Shown one piece after another: positions 18,870-27,368 of a stretch of DNA of 57,110 nucleotides. The stretch lies in contig DAIDHJ010000001.1 of the NCBI GenBank assembly GCA_027451965.1, forward strand, positions 490,963-548,072. Reading direction: 5' to 3'. A program made the translations under genes and the position numbers. Each line of letters starts with the position of its first letter. Positions within the stretch are counted from its first letter, which is position 1. This DNA is from Candidatus Adlerbacteria bacterium. GTDB lineage: Bacteria > Patescibacteriota > Minisyncoccia > Phycocordibacterales > SBAW01. The notes below the pieces were generated by a model, which was not told the DNA's origin, made no database searches, and saw only the letters and a program-made list of their open reading frames with translations.

Positions 18870-20609
18870 ATGTCATCACTGGAAGAACGTCGCCATACTC
18901 TCGCCCACCTCCTTGCCGCTGCAGTCACCCGCCTCTATCCAGACGCTCTGCCCACCATCGGTCCGGCTATCGATAATGGCTTCTATTACGACTTCGATTT
19001 CGGGACAACCACGCTCAAGGAGGAAGATCTTGAAGCGCTCCAAGCACAGATGCGCTCATTGTTGCCCCAGTGGGATGCCTTCACACATAAGGAAGTAAGC
19101 CCGAAAGCAGCGCGCGAGGAGTTCAACCATAATCCATATAAACTGGAACTCATCGATGAGCTCGAGAAAAACGGCGAGACCATCACCCTCTACACCTGCG
19201 GCGGATTCACTGACTTGTGCCGCGGTGGACACGCAGAGCATCCATCCAAAGAGATTGATCCGCATACGTTCGTACTCGATCGATTGGCCGGCGCATACTG
19301 GCGCGGCGATGAGAAGAATAAGATGCTGACGCGCGTCTACGGACTCGCGTTTACCTCCGAACAAGAACTCGAGGCATATCTCACTCAGCGAGAAGAAGCG
19401 AAAAAACGTGATCATCGAAAAATAGCGAAGGAACAAGGACTGCTTGTCTTTTCTGATTTAGTCGGCAGTGGTATGCCGCTGTATACCCCAAAAGGAAACA
19501 TCATACGGAATGCGATTATCAATTACTCACGCGAACTCAACAGCAAGCTTGGGTTTGGAGAAGTACACACCCCCAACGTCAATAAGGCAGAGCTATTCAA
19601 GATCTCCGGACACTATGACGCATACAAGGCAGATATGCTTTCAGTGCGATCTCAGTACGTCTCTGACGAAATGTTTCTCAAGCCAATGAACTGCCCGCAG
19701 CATACGCAGATCTATGCAGCAGAGCAGCGCAGTTACCGGGATCTGCCGCTGCGGTATGCCGACTTTGCTGTGCTCTACAGAGATGAACGTCCCGGAGAAC
19801 TTTCTGGCCTTACTCGCCTTCGCTCTTTTTCACAAGATGATGGTCATATTTTCTGCCGAGAAGATCAAATCGCCTCCGAGGTGTCTCATATTTTAGATGC
19901 GATCACGGAAGCATTAGCTACGTATCATATTGACCACTGGATGCGTCTTTCGCTGCGCGATCCACAAGACAAGACAAAGTATCTCGGTGAAGATGCAGTA
20001 TGGGAACATGCCCAGCAGATCATGCGCGAACTACTCACCCGTAAACAAATCACCTACAAAGAAGCGGAAGGCGAAGCCGCATTCTACGGCCCGAAGATCG
20101 ACATCATGGCTATCGATGCGCTCGGCAGACAATGGCAGATTTCGACCGTACAGCTCGATTTCGTACAACCAACCCGATTCCAACTCACGTACATTGCCGA
20201 AGATGGTTCTAAGAAAACACCGGTCATGATCCACCGTGCACTTATCGGTTCGCCCGATCGTTTTCTTGGCATCCTCATCGAGCACTACGCCGGCGCATTT
20301 CCCCTCTGGCTCTCGCCGGTACAGGCGCGTATCCTCCCTATTTCTGAAACCCATGTACCGTTCGCGCAAGACGTTGGCGCACTGCTTAAGGAAGCCGATA
20401 TACGAGCAGAGGTAGATGACTCCAACGAAACGCTCGGGAAAAAAGTGCGTGCCGCAAAACAGGAAAAAATTCCCTACTTCCTGGTGATCGGCGATGAGGA
20501 GATGCGCTCCAAGACAGCAACCATGGAAGGACGCTCCGGAAAACTGGGCACCTTCCCGTTGTCAGAGATCGTGGAGAAACTCCGAGAAGAAATCAAAACA
20601 CGAGCATAA
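18870..20609 (+). CDS. thrS: Threonine--tRNA ligase lacking the N-terminal TGS domain
   Basis: The protein starts directly in the editing/second-additional domain (RRHTLAHLLAAAV...GPAIDNGFYYDFD). Class II catalytic and anticodon-binding regions follow. It is 579 aa. Confidence 0.9.
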   Translation: MSSLEERRHTLAHLLAAAVTRLYPDALPTIGPAIDNGFYYDFDFGTTTLKEEDLEALQAQMRSLLPQWDAFTHKEVSPKAAREEFNHNPYKLELIDELEKNGETITLYTCGGFTDLCRGGHAEHPSKEIDPHTFVLDRLAGAYWRGDEKNKMLTRVYGLAFTSEQELEAYLTQREEAKKRDHRKIAKEQGLLVFSDLVGSGMPLYTPKGNIIRNAIINYSRELNSKLGFGEVHTPNVNKAELFKISGHYDAYKADMLSVRSQYVSDEMFLKPMNCPQHTQIYAAEQRSYRDLPLRYADFAVLYRDERPGELSGLTRLRSFSQDDGHIFCREDQIASEVSHILDAITEALATYHIDHWMRLSLRDPQDKTKYLGEDAVWEHAQQIMRELLTRKQITYKEAEGEAAFYGPKIDIMAIDALGRQWQISTVQLDFVQPTRFQLTYIAEDGSKKTPVMIHRALIGSPDRFLGILIEHYAGAFPLWLSPVQARILPISETHVPFAQDVGALLKEADIRAEVDDSNETLGKKVRAAKQEKIPYFLVIGDEEMRSKTATMEGRSGKLGTFPLSEIVEKLREEIKTRA

Positions 20610-20610
20610 C

Positions 20611-20638
20611 AAAATCCCCGCTACAAGGCGGGGATTTT
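20611..20638. terminator. Bidirectional rho-independent terminator between convergent genes
   Basis: 11-bp stem AAAATCCCCGC/GCGGGGATTTT (20611-20621 / 20628-20638) with loop TACAAG. A/T runs at both ends provide a U-tract on either strand. Confidence 0.75.
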
Positions 20639-20651
20639 GTACGGAAGCGCT

Positions 20652-21866
20652 TTATGCGCGTGCTCGATTGATTTGCTGGAGAATAAAGTCGTCGGCAAAC
20701 GAAGGAGTTGCGGCGACTGCAACGGGAGCCGGTGTCGGCGTCGCCGTCTGTACCGGAGCTTTCTTGGTGCGCGTACCGAAGAAGAATGTCTTCAGTTTCG
20801 GAATAAGCGTATTTTGTATTTTCTTTACGCCGATGAGGTATGCGCCAACGAACGTCCAGAGGATGAGGAATACCCAGTAGAGCACAGTACCAACCGGACC
20901 CAAATCCAATCCCGTATACGGAACCTGAGAGAGAGAGATGTACGGTCGCTGTGGTTGCACTGGCGGTGGCAGATAGTTGTTATATGCGACCGGTGGCTGC
21001 TGATAGATCGGCTGCGGCGTGTAAATCGGCTGTGGGTAGATCGGCTGCGTCGGCTGCACTACCACTGGAGAGCTGCATACGCCGTTCTGGAAGGTCTGCC
21101 CTGCCGGACAGCTAGCAACCGTCGGGGTGCTGCACACGCCGTTTTGGAAGGTCTGCCCTGCCGGACAGCTGGCAACTGTCGGGGTGCTGCACACGCCGTT
21201 TGCAAACGTCTGGCCCGGAGGACAGCTGGCGACTGTCGGGGTGCTGCATACGCCGTTTTGATACGTCTCTCCTGCAGGACAGGTTGGAGGGTTTGGCTGC
21301 ACCGGAGAATAGGTTACTGGCGGCTGCGTATAGATCGGTGTGTTGTAGATAGGAGTCTGATAGACCGGAGGAGTGTATATCGGCGTTGAGTAGATTGGAG
21401 GGGTGTAGGTATAGCCTCCCCCATAAGTGTAGCCGCCAGTATTGTATGAGGAACCATTGCAGTTGAAGTAGCAGTATCCGTAATCATAACCGCTGGTGTC
21501 ATTGCTGTAGGAAACCGGATCGTACGTATTGTATGTGCCGGTGTCATAGCCGACATTGTAGTAGCCGCTGTAGTCGTTGGTATACCCGCTGTTGTCGTAG
21601 CCGCTATTGTCATAGCCGCTGTATGCACTCGGATCATACCCTCCGTAGCTGCTGCCATAGCCGCTCGTGTCGTAACCACTACTATAGCCGCTCGTGTCGT
21701 AACCGCTGGTATCGTACCCACTCGTGTCATAGCCGCTGTTGTCGTACTGGGCATGCGCTACCGGGGTAGCAAAAAACGCAACCGGAGAATGCTGTCCTCC
21801 GAGAGAAACACCCGCAAACAGTGCGAGAGCGAACAACACCCCTATGTATGCGCTAATTTGTTTCAT
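20652..21866 (-). CDS. Secreted, repeat-rich low-complexity surface protein with a VPYTG motif and a C-terminal TM helix
   Basis: Signal peptide MKQISAYIGVLFALALFAGVSLG. The body contains SGYDT/SGYDN repeats, PIY(T/Q)P repeats and four 19-aa Cys-containing repeats. It is followed by LSQVPYTGLDLGPVGTVLYWVFLILWTFVGAYLIGVKK and a 55-aa tail. Confidence 0.75.
   Translation of the reverse strand: MKQISAYIGVLFALALFAGVSLGGQHSPVAFFATPVAHAQYDNSGYDTSGYDTSGYDTSGYSSGYDTSGYGSSYGGYDPSAYSGYDNSGYDNSGYTNDYSGYYNVGYDTGTYNTYDPVSYSNDTSGYDYGYCYFNCNGSSYNTGGYTYGGGYTYTPPIYSTPIYTPPVYQTPIYNTPIYTQPPVTYSPVQPNPPTCPAGETYQNGVCSTPTVASCPPGQTFANGVCSTPTVASCPAGQTFQNGVCSTPTVASCPAGQTFQNGVCSSPVVVQPTQPIYPQPIYTPQPIYQQPPVAYNNYLPPPVQPQRPYISLSQVPYTGLDLGPVGTVLYWVFLILWTFVGAYLIGVKKIQNTLIPKLKTFFFGTRTKKAPVQTATPTPAPVAVAATPSFADDFILQQINRARA
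21072..21290 (-). repeat. Tandem 57-nt coding repeat, three near-identical copies plus one diverged copy
   Basis: The units are 21072-21128, 21129-21185, 21186-21242 and a diverged fourth from 21243. Each encodes STPTVASCP(A/P)GQTF(Q/A)NGVC. Confidence 0.85.
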
Positions 21867-21892
21867 AATGTCTGCTTATTTAATGGATAAAA

Positions 21893-21921
21893 ACTGTATA
21901 ACTATTAATAAACCCTGTCAA
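21893..21921 (-). promoter_or_regulatory. Sigma70-type promoter (TTGACA-17 nt-TACAGT) for the repeat-rich surface protein gene
   Basis: On the minus strand the -35 is at 21921-21916, the spacer is 17 nt, and the -10 is at 21898-21893. Confidence 0.55.
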
Positions 21922-21989
21922 TAACTCCTCTGGTGCCCACATTTGAAAGCTTTTACGCAAACTTTCAAATCTCAATACCAGAATTAGGT

Positions 21990-22028
21990 AAAAAGATGGT
22001 ATGGAAGCGTCGGCGTACCGACGCTTCC
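21990..22028 (-). terminator. Probable terminator after the Pro-rich secreted protein gene
   Basis: Perfect 11-bp stem GGAAGCGTCGG/CCGACGCTTCC (22003-22013 / 22018-22028) with loop CGTA. On the minus strand a T5 run follows after an 8-nt gap. Confidence 0.4.
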
Positions 22029-22059
22029 AACCGTCCAGGAACATGAAGAAAGAACGCTA

Positions 22060-23382
22060 TCAGCACGCCGGCTGTCCGGTCACCGGATTGGGCGGCAGAT
22101 TGCACGGACGTCTGGGTCCCGGGATGGGATAGACCGGACGAGGGTACATCGGCCGCGGATATACCGGCGGTCTCGGATAGATGGGGTGCGGATAGTAACG
22201 AGGATGGAACAAGTTGAGATGTACGGATACCCCTGCATTGAACCATCCTTGTATGCCGTTTGGCTGATAGCCGTACGGTATGCCTTGCGGCACTACGGAG
22301 TATGGGTACGCAGGTGCGTATCCTCCTACTACCGGTGGAGGATATCCTCCTCCGTACATCGGTGCGCCGACAGGACCGCGAACGACCGTTGCCCCGATCC
22401 ACGATGGCTTCGGGAAGAGTACCGGCCGTTTGCGATTGAAGATCACGCCGTTGGCGAGCACATCATGGTACTCGGCCCGGACGATGTCCATGTCGAAGTG
22501 GTATCCCAATCCGTTCGGCGGCCACGGAGGATCGCCGAAACAGAGATGGATCGCCTGAGCGCCAGCGATGTTGCACGGCACTTTCAGCAGATTGCTGACA
22601 TACGGGACGCCGCGAACGACCAAGACATCGCGTCCGTCAAACCGGCTGAACGAATACGCGACACGCCGGAAACGAACCAATCGTCCGTCCGGCCAGGTCA
22701 CGATGAACCATACCGGCAGTACGCGTGGACCGTAATTGAGTTCCGGTGCCACATTGAACGTGCACGGAATGAGCCCTTGGTGTACCACCGCGGGCGGTTG
22801 CTGTTGCACCACGACCGGAGGTGCAGTTTGCACTGCAACCGGAGCGGGCGTTGGGTGCGGATGTGCAACCACGACGGCGATTGTCTTGAGCAGGATTTCC
22901 GTGAAATTGCCGCAATCCGCGAGGATAACCTCATTCGTATTGGGATCCACGAATACCCAGTCATTGGGCCCGATTGTCCGGCTGTCATGCCGGTATCGCA
23001 GATGGCAGATGCCAACTCCGTCTTCATCGATCCACGTCATACGGATGTTGCCATCCGTATAGGCCGTCGTATCCTTGAAACGCTCGGGTTTGAGGTTCTT
23101 CAAGTAATCGGCGGCCATGCCGATCGACGTGATATCCGCTTCGGGATGGAGTCTGCGCAATGCGTCGTACTCCATCTGCGGCGTCGTGCAGGTAGAACCC
23201 GGAATGACTCCGTTTTCATGCTGCGGGGAGTTGATATAGGTGTTCTGTATCTGTTCGCCCAGCTGTCTGGCCGAATCAGGTCCTGCCATGGGATGCAGCG
23301 GCAATCCTGCCGCTCCTGCAGATACTCCCACTCCTTGCACAAGGAGCAGGAAACTCAGCAGAGAGAAGAGTATCTTCTTCAT
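22060..23382 (-). CDS. Secreted hypothetical protein with a Pro/Tyr-rich C-terminal repeat region
   Basis: Signal peptide MKKILFSLLSFLLLVQGVGVSAGA. AAGGAG lies 9 nt upstream of ATG 23382; the track start at 23385 is TTG. The C-terminus reads YYPHPIYPRPPVYPRPMYPRPVYPIPGP. Confidence 0.7.
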   Translation of the reverse strand: MKKILFSLLSFLLLVQGVGVSAGAAGLPLHPMAGPDSARQLGEQIQNTYINSPQHENGVIPGSTCTTPQMEYDALRRLHPEADITSIGMAADYLKNLKPERFKDTTAYTDGNIRMTWIDEDGVGICHLRYRHDSRTIGPNDWVFVDPNTNEVILADCGNFTEILLKTIAVVVAHPHPTPAPVAVQTAPPVVVQQQPPAVVHQGLIPCTFNVAPELNYGPRVLPVWFIVTWPDGRLVRFRRVAYSFSRFDGRDVLVVRGVPYVSNLLKVPCNIAGAQAIHLCFGDPPWPPNGLGYHFDMDIVRAEYHDVLANGVIFNRKRPVLFPKPSWIGATVVRGPVGAPMYGGGYPPPVVGGYAPAYPYSVVPQGIPYGYQPNGIQGWFNAGVSVHLNLFHPRYYPHPIYPRPPVYPRPMYPRPVYPIPGPRRPCNLPPNPVTGQPAC

Positions 23383-23467
23383 CAACTTATTCTCCTTTGT
23401 GTGCTCCTCAGTCTGAGGAGTTTTAGATGTGCGTCATCGCCTTCTTATGAAGACGTATCCACTCGCG

Positions 23468-24109
23468 CTACTGCGTAAGCGGATACGTTCCCACAAAATC
23501 AGCACTCACCACCCATCGGTCGGTCTTCTCGCCGAACACATCGCAGGTGACCAATACCAGATGCTCTCCGTTGGTGTCCATGCTGACCGAATCGCTGGTG
23601 TTCTCCATCTGCACCGACGTCACCGTATACCGATATTCCTTGTCCGTCGAGTACACGCTGATCGTGTCACCGGGTTTGAGATACTGCACGCCATCAAAGG
23701 TCTTGTATGCCTTGTTGAGCACGACCGGCAGATAGCTGGAGTGTCCGAAGATGAGTACGGTGCCGTTCTGGCCGAGTACCGAAGAATTCGGATAGCGCAC
23801 TGCTCCTTTCAAAAGCAGCGCATCGAGTGTCTTGGCATCAGTGGAGGTTGGATTTGCCACTGTTACATCCAGACTGATAGCGGAACTCACGACGCGAACC
23901 GGATACTCTCCCTGTCCCTGCGGAAGCAGTTGTGAAAGAGCATTCGCGGAAGTCGTGTCCGCCGACGTAACGGTCGGATCGGGAGTAAGTCCCAGGCTTG
24001 CGAGTACGAGAAAGGTTACTGCAAAGAGACCCAAAAAGGCAAGCGAAAAGCTGCCACGTTGTGCCGCGATTTCCCGAAACGCTCCTGGTTGTTCGTGCAT
24101 TGACTCCAT
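23468..24109 (-). CDS. Sortase-family transpeptidase, 213 aa, N-terminal membrane anchor
   Basis: TM helix FSLAFLGLFAVTFLVLASLGL. The catalytic His lies in VLIFGHSSY, the Cys in HLVLVTCD and the Arg in TDRWVV. I take the internal ATG 24109; the longer track ORF overlaps the divergent gene. Confidence 0.75.
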   Translation of the reverse strand: MESMHEQPGAFREIAAQRGSFSLAFLGLFAVTFLVLASLGLTPDPTVTSADTTSANALSQLLPQGQGEYPVRVVSSAISLDVTVANPTSTDAKTLDALLLKGAVRYPNSSVLGQNGTVLIFGHSSYLPVVLNKAYKTFDGVQYLKPGDTISVYSTDKEYRYTVTSVQMENTSDSVSMDTNGEHLVLVTCDVFGEKTDRWVVSADFVGTYPLTQ

Positions 24110-24144
24110 TGTTTCGTTCCGTTCCTGTGGTACGGATGAACGAA

Positions 24145-24172
24145 ATAGTACAGTATTTATATAATTTGTCAA
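24145..24172 (-). promoter_or_regulatory. Putative sortase promoter (TTGACA-16 nt-TACTAT)
   Basis: On the minus strand the -35 is at 24172-24167 and the -10 at 24150-24145. Its -35 is one arm of the inverted repeat TTTGTCAA-N11-TTGACAAA (24165-24191). Confidence 0.45.
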
Positions 24173-24183
24173 TAGTAGGGCAT

Positions 24184-24210
24184 TTGACAAAAAACGATAG
24201 ACGTTATAAG
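24184..24210 (+). promoter_or_regulatory. Putative divergent promoter (TTGACA-15 nt-TATAAG)
   Basis: The -35 is at 24184-24189 and the -10 at 24205-24210. The spacer is short at 15 nt. The box forms the other arm of the same inverted repeat. Confidence 0.35.
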
Positions 24211-24227
24211 GTTTCGGCACGAAAACC

Positions 24228-25226
24228 ATGCCAGAACCAGAGAAACAACCAGAGACGCAGGAAGAGAAATCTTCGCATAAGGACATGCTGCTTCGGGCAG
24301 TCGCCATCATCGGCCTCATCGCCATCATCGTGCTGGGCGCTTGGGGTATCATCGAACTCACCTTCAACCTCCCTTCGTTCCTGGGCGGTGTGGGCTCCAA
24401 CCTTTCTTCCCTGTTTTCTCACCCTGAGCAGCAAGGACCGGAAGCAGTGACCGTGACGCTGCCGCAGTACGTTTATACCGGAGAGCCGTTTACGGTTTCC
24501 TGGGTGCATGAAAACGCATCTGCACAGAACTACAGCTACACGCTTTCCTACTCCTGTGCGCAAGGGCTTTCGATCCAAACGCCGACACCGACTGGCAAAC
24601 TGGTAACGGTACCGTGCAATACACCTTTCAATTACACGGATGCAACGGCAAATCTTCCGCTTACGCCCAGCGTGACTGGTCCTTCGCAGATTTCCACCAC
24701 CATCACCGTATCGGCGCTATCGCTTGCGGATGGCAGCGTCACTGCGAGTGGTTCAAGCACGGTAGTAGTACTTCCGGCGCGCAATGTCCGTCCTGGAGCG
24801 ACTACTACGCCCCAACAAAAAACACCGGTCGTGCAGACACACCCCTCTACGGGTACTCAATACTCCAATCCCGCCGGCATTGCCGACCTCAGCACAAGCA
24901 TTCTTTCTATACGGCCGAGCGGGTACGGTTTGATTGCCGTGCAGTTTGCAATACAAAACAACGGCACCAAAGCGGTGCCGTACGGCTGGACCTTCAGCGC
25001 TAATGTGCCGGTCGGGTATCCATACACCTACTACTCAAGGCCGCAACGCACGCTCTACCCGGGCGACAAAATCGTCTACACCCTCACGTTCAGCATCAGT
25101 CAGTACCCTTCGTACCAATACGGCGTGAACACTATTACCATTGTTGCTGACCCAGAAAATCGTGTCATCGAATCAAACAAGACGAATAACACAGTGACCG
25201 CTCCGTTGCCGCCGACGCTCTACTAA
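24228..25226 (+). CDS. Membrane-anchored surface protein with a C-terminal CARDB-like domain
   Basis: N-terminal TM helix LLRAVAIIGLIAIIVLGAWGII. The C-terminal end ...ITIVADPENRVIESNKTNNTVTA is typical of CARDB domain ends. Confidence 0.65.
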   Translation: MPEPEKQPETQEEKSSHKDMLLRAVAIIGLIAIIVLGAWGIIELTFNLPSFLGGVGSNLSSLFSHPEQQGPEAVTVTLPQYVYTGEPFTVSWVHENASAQNYSYTLSYSCAQGLSIQTPTPTGKLVTVPCNTPFNYTDATANLPLTPSVTGPSQISTTITVSALSLADGSVTASGSSTVVVLPARNVRPGATTTPQQKTPVVQTHPSTGTQYSNPAGIADLSTSILSIRPSGYGLIAVQFAIQNNGTKAVPYGWTFSANVPVGYPYTYYSRPQRTLYPGDKIVYTLTFSISQYPSYQYGVNTITIVADPENRVIESNKTNNTVTAPLPPTLY

Positions 25227-27253
25227 ATATCGAGATTCGCGTGCTTCGCGTTGCTTTGAATAAATGATTTGCGCGACGGAACATCCTCACCCATGAGAAT
25301 ATCGAAGATGCGGTCCGCATCGACTGCATCTTCTATGGTCACCTGTTTGAGTACGCGCTGTGCAGGATCCATGGTCGTTTCCCAGAGCTCTTCCGGATTC
25401 ATTTCTCCCAATCCTTTATATCGTTGAATATGCACGCGCTGTTTCTTTGCAACAGGTGCTTCTTCTTCTGATTCCTCGGCTGCGTCCTCAGGCTCTTCGA
25501 GAGCCGTATCCTTCCCTACCAGCTGGATTTTTTCTTCGTCTGAGTACGCGTATGTTATTTCCTTGCCGCGCTTGATCTTGTAGAGCGGCGGTTGTGCAAT
25601 GTAGACATACCCGCCTTCAATGAGCGGTTTGAAATGACGGAAGAACAAGGTAAGCAAGAGCGTTCGAATATGCGCACCGTCCACGTCGGCATCAGTCGCG
25701 ATGATGATCTTGTGGTAACGGAGCTTGCTTATATCAAATACATCCCCGATCGCCGTACCGAGCGCGAGAATAAGATGTTTCACTTCCTGTGATGCGAGCA
25801 TCTTATCGAGACGTGCACGCTCCACATTGAGAATCTTTCCTCGAAGCGGCAGGATCGCCTGCGTGCGGCGATCACGTCCCTGCTTGGAAGATCCGCCTGC
25901 TGAGTCTCCTTCTACAATGAAGAGTTCTGATTCCGTTGCATCCTTGGTTTGACAGTCCGCTAGTTTCCCGGGAAGTCCGAATCCTTCAAGCGCTCCTTTG
26001 CGCAATACAGAATCTTTCGCCGCCTTTGCCGCCTTGCGTGCCTTAAGAGCGAGCACCACCTTGGTGATAATGGCCCGAGCATCATCCGGATTTTCTTCAA
26101 GGAACATAGCGAATGCTCCACTCATGACCGCTTCCACCGCACCGCGCGCTTCAACGGATCCGAGTTTCGCCTTGGTTTGTCCTTCGAACTGGATTTCACG
26201 CAGCTTTACGGAAACAACGGCAGTGAGTCCTTCCAGTACATCTTCTCCCGTGAAATTCTCATCGCTTTCCTTAAGCAGATTGGCGGAACGGGCGTAGGAA
26301 TTGAGCGTACGCGTGAGCGCCGTGCGGAATCCAGTGATATGAGTTCCCCCTTCCGCGTTGTAGGTATTGTTGGCAAACGGAAAGACACGTGCGGCAATGT
26401 CGTCGACATATTGGAGCGCAACTTCCACCGATACGTCATCCTGTTCCTTTTCAATATAGAAAATATTCTTGTGTATCGGTTTTTGATAGTGGTTGTAGAA
26501 CGCAATGAGCGAGCGCAAACCTCCTTCAAAGTAAAACGTCTGGGACGGATAGTCTGCCAAGAGAGAGCGCAAGTAAAACGCCTTGCCCGGATCCGGCAAC
26601 TCTACAGAACCGTTGCGCGCATCGATGATGGTGATGCGCAATCCTTTCACCAGATACGCCTGTTCGCGCAAGTGAGAGACGATCTTGTCAAAATCAAACT
26701 GCACCGTGGAGAAAATATCCTTGTCGGGAGAGAACGAGATGATAGTGCCGTGGAGCGAAGAGCTGCCGACCTTCTTCACCGCAGATTTTTTCTTGCCGAT
26801 TGTGTACTCCTGGGTATAGATGCTTCCTTCCCGATGCACTTCAGCGCGCAGGAAAGTAGAGAGCGCGTTCACCACGGATACGCCCACCCCGTGCAATCCT
26901 CCGGATACTTTGTATCCTTCTCCGCCGAATTTGCCGCCGGCGTGAAGCACGGTCATGACCGTCTCCAGTGCGGATACTTTGGTCTGCTTGTGCACATCAA
27001 CCGGAATGCCGCGGCCGTTGTCGGCGACGCGTACGATATTACCCGGCAAGAGTGCTACCTCGATATCATTGGCGAATCCGCCCATCGCCTCGTCGCGAGA
27101 GTTGTCGAATACTTCCCAGATAAGATGATGGAGTCCGTCCGGTCCGGTGGTACCGATGTACATGCCGGGACGGCGCCGTACCGCTTCAAGTCCTTCAAGG
27201 ACGGTAATATCCGCTGCGCTATAGGAGCCTTTTTTTGTTTTTTCGTCCGCCAT
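25223..27253 (-). CDS. gyrB: DNA gyrase subunit B
   Basis: The GHKL ATPase, transducer, TOPRIM and tail regions are recognisable (VLEGLEAVRRRPGMYIG, LHGVG, EGDSAGG, PLRGKILNVE, IMTDADVDG-like IIATDADVDGAHI). Confidence 0.95.
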   Translation of the reverse strand: MADEKTKKGSYSAADITVLEGLEAVRRRPGMYIGTTGPDGLHHLIWEVFDNSRDEAMGGFANDIEVALLPGNIVRVADNGRGIPVDVHKQTKVSALETVMTVLHAGGKFGGEGYKVSGGLHGVGVSVVNALSTFLRAEVHREGSIYTQEYTIGKKKSAVKKVGSSSLHGTIISFSPDKDIFSTVQFDFDKIVSHLREQAYLVKGLRITIIDARNGSVELPDPGKAFYLRSLLADYPSQTFYFEGGLRSLIAFYNHYQKPIHKNIFYIEKEQDDVSVEVALQYVDDIAARVFPFANNTYNAEGGTHITGFRTALTRTLNSYARSANLLKESDENFTGEDVLEGLTAVVSVKLREIQFEGQTKAKLGSVEARGAVEAVMSGAFAMFLEENPDDARAIITKVVLALKARKAAKAAKDSVLRKGALEGFGLPGKLADCQTKDATESELFIVEGDSAGGSSKQGRDRRTQAILPLRGKILNVERARLDKMLASQEVKHLILALGTAIGDVFDISKLRYHKIIIATDADVDGAHIRTLLLTLFFRHFKPLIEGGYVYIAQPPLYKIKRGKEITYAYSDEEKIQLVGKDTALEEPEDAAEESEEEAPVAKKQRVHIQRYKGLGEMNPEELWETTMDPAQRVLKQVTIEDAVDADRIFDILMGEDVPSRKSFIQSNAKHANLDI

Positions 27254-27328
27254 ACATGAAAAAAGCTCCGGGAGCTTTACCCTTCTATTTTACCAGAAAC
27301 GCCAGCATCATGAAAGGGCGCAATGCAC

Positions 27329-27356
27329 AAAAAATGCTTTGCATACAAGCATTTTT
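27329..27356 (-). terminator. AT-rich hairpin terminator after pheT
   Basis: 10-bp stem AAAAATGCTT/AAGCATTTTT (27330-27339 / 27347-27356) with a 7-nt loop. It lies 13 nt after the TAG stop at 27371-27369. The 3' arm supplies the U-tract on the minus strand. Confidence 0.5.
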
Positions 27357-27368
27357 AAGGAGATTCCC

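Noticed and set aside
20637-21769. ORFs 20637-21389(+), 21314-21754(-) and 21533-21769(+) within the repeat-rich gene
   Set aside because: They are alternative frames of a low-complexity repeat region. Only the 20652-21866 frame has a signal peptide, a promoter and a TM helix.
22186-23478. 430-aa plus-strand ORF
   Set aside because: It lies antisense to the secreted protein gene, which has a strong SD and a signal peptide.
24110-24400. N-terminal extension of the sortase ORF (track start 24400)
   Set aside because: It would run through the divergent promoter region and overlap the 24228 gene. The sequence upstream of MESMHEQ is Met/Ser/Cys-rich noise.
26177-27259. 360-aa plus-strand ORF
   Set aside because: It lies antisense to gyrB.
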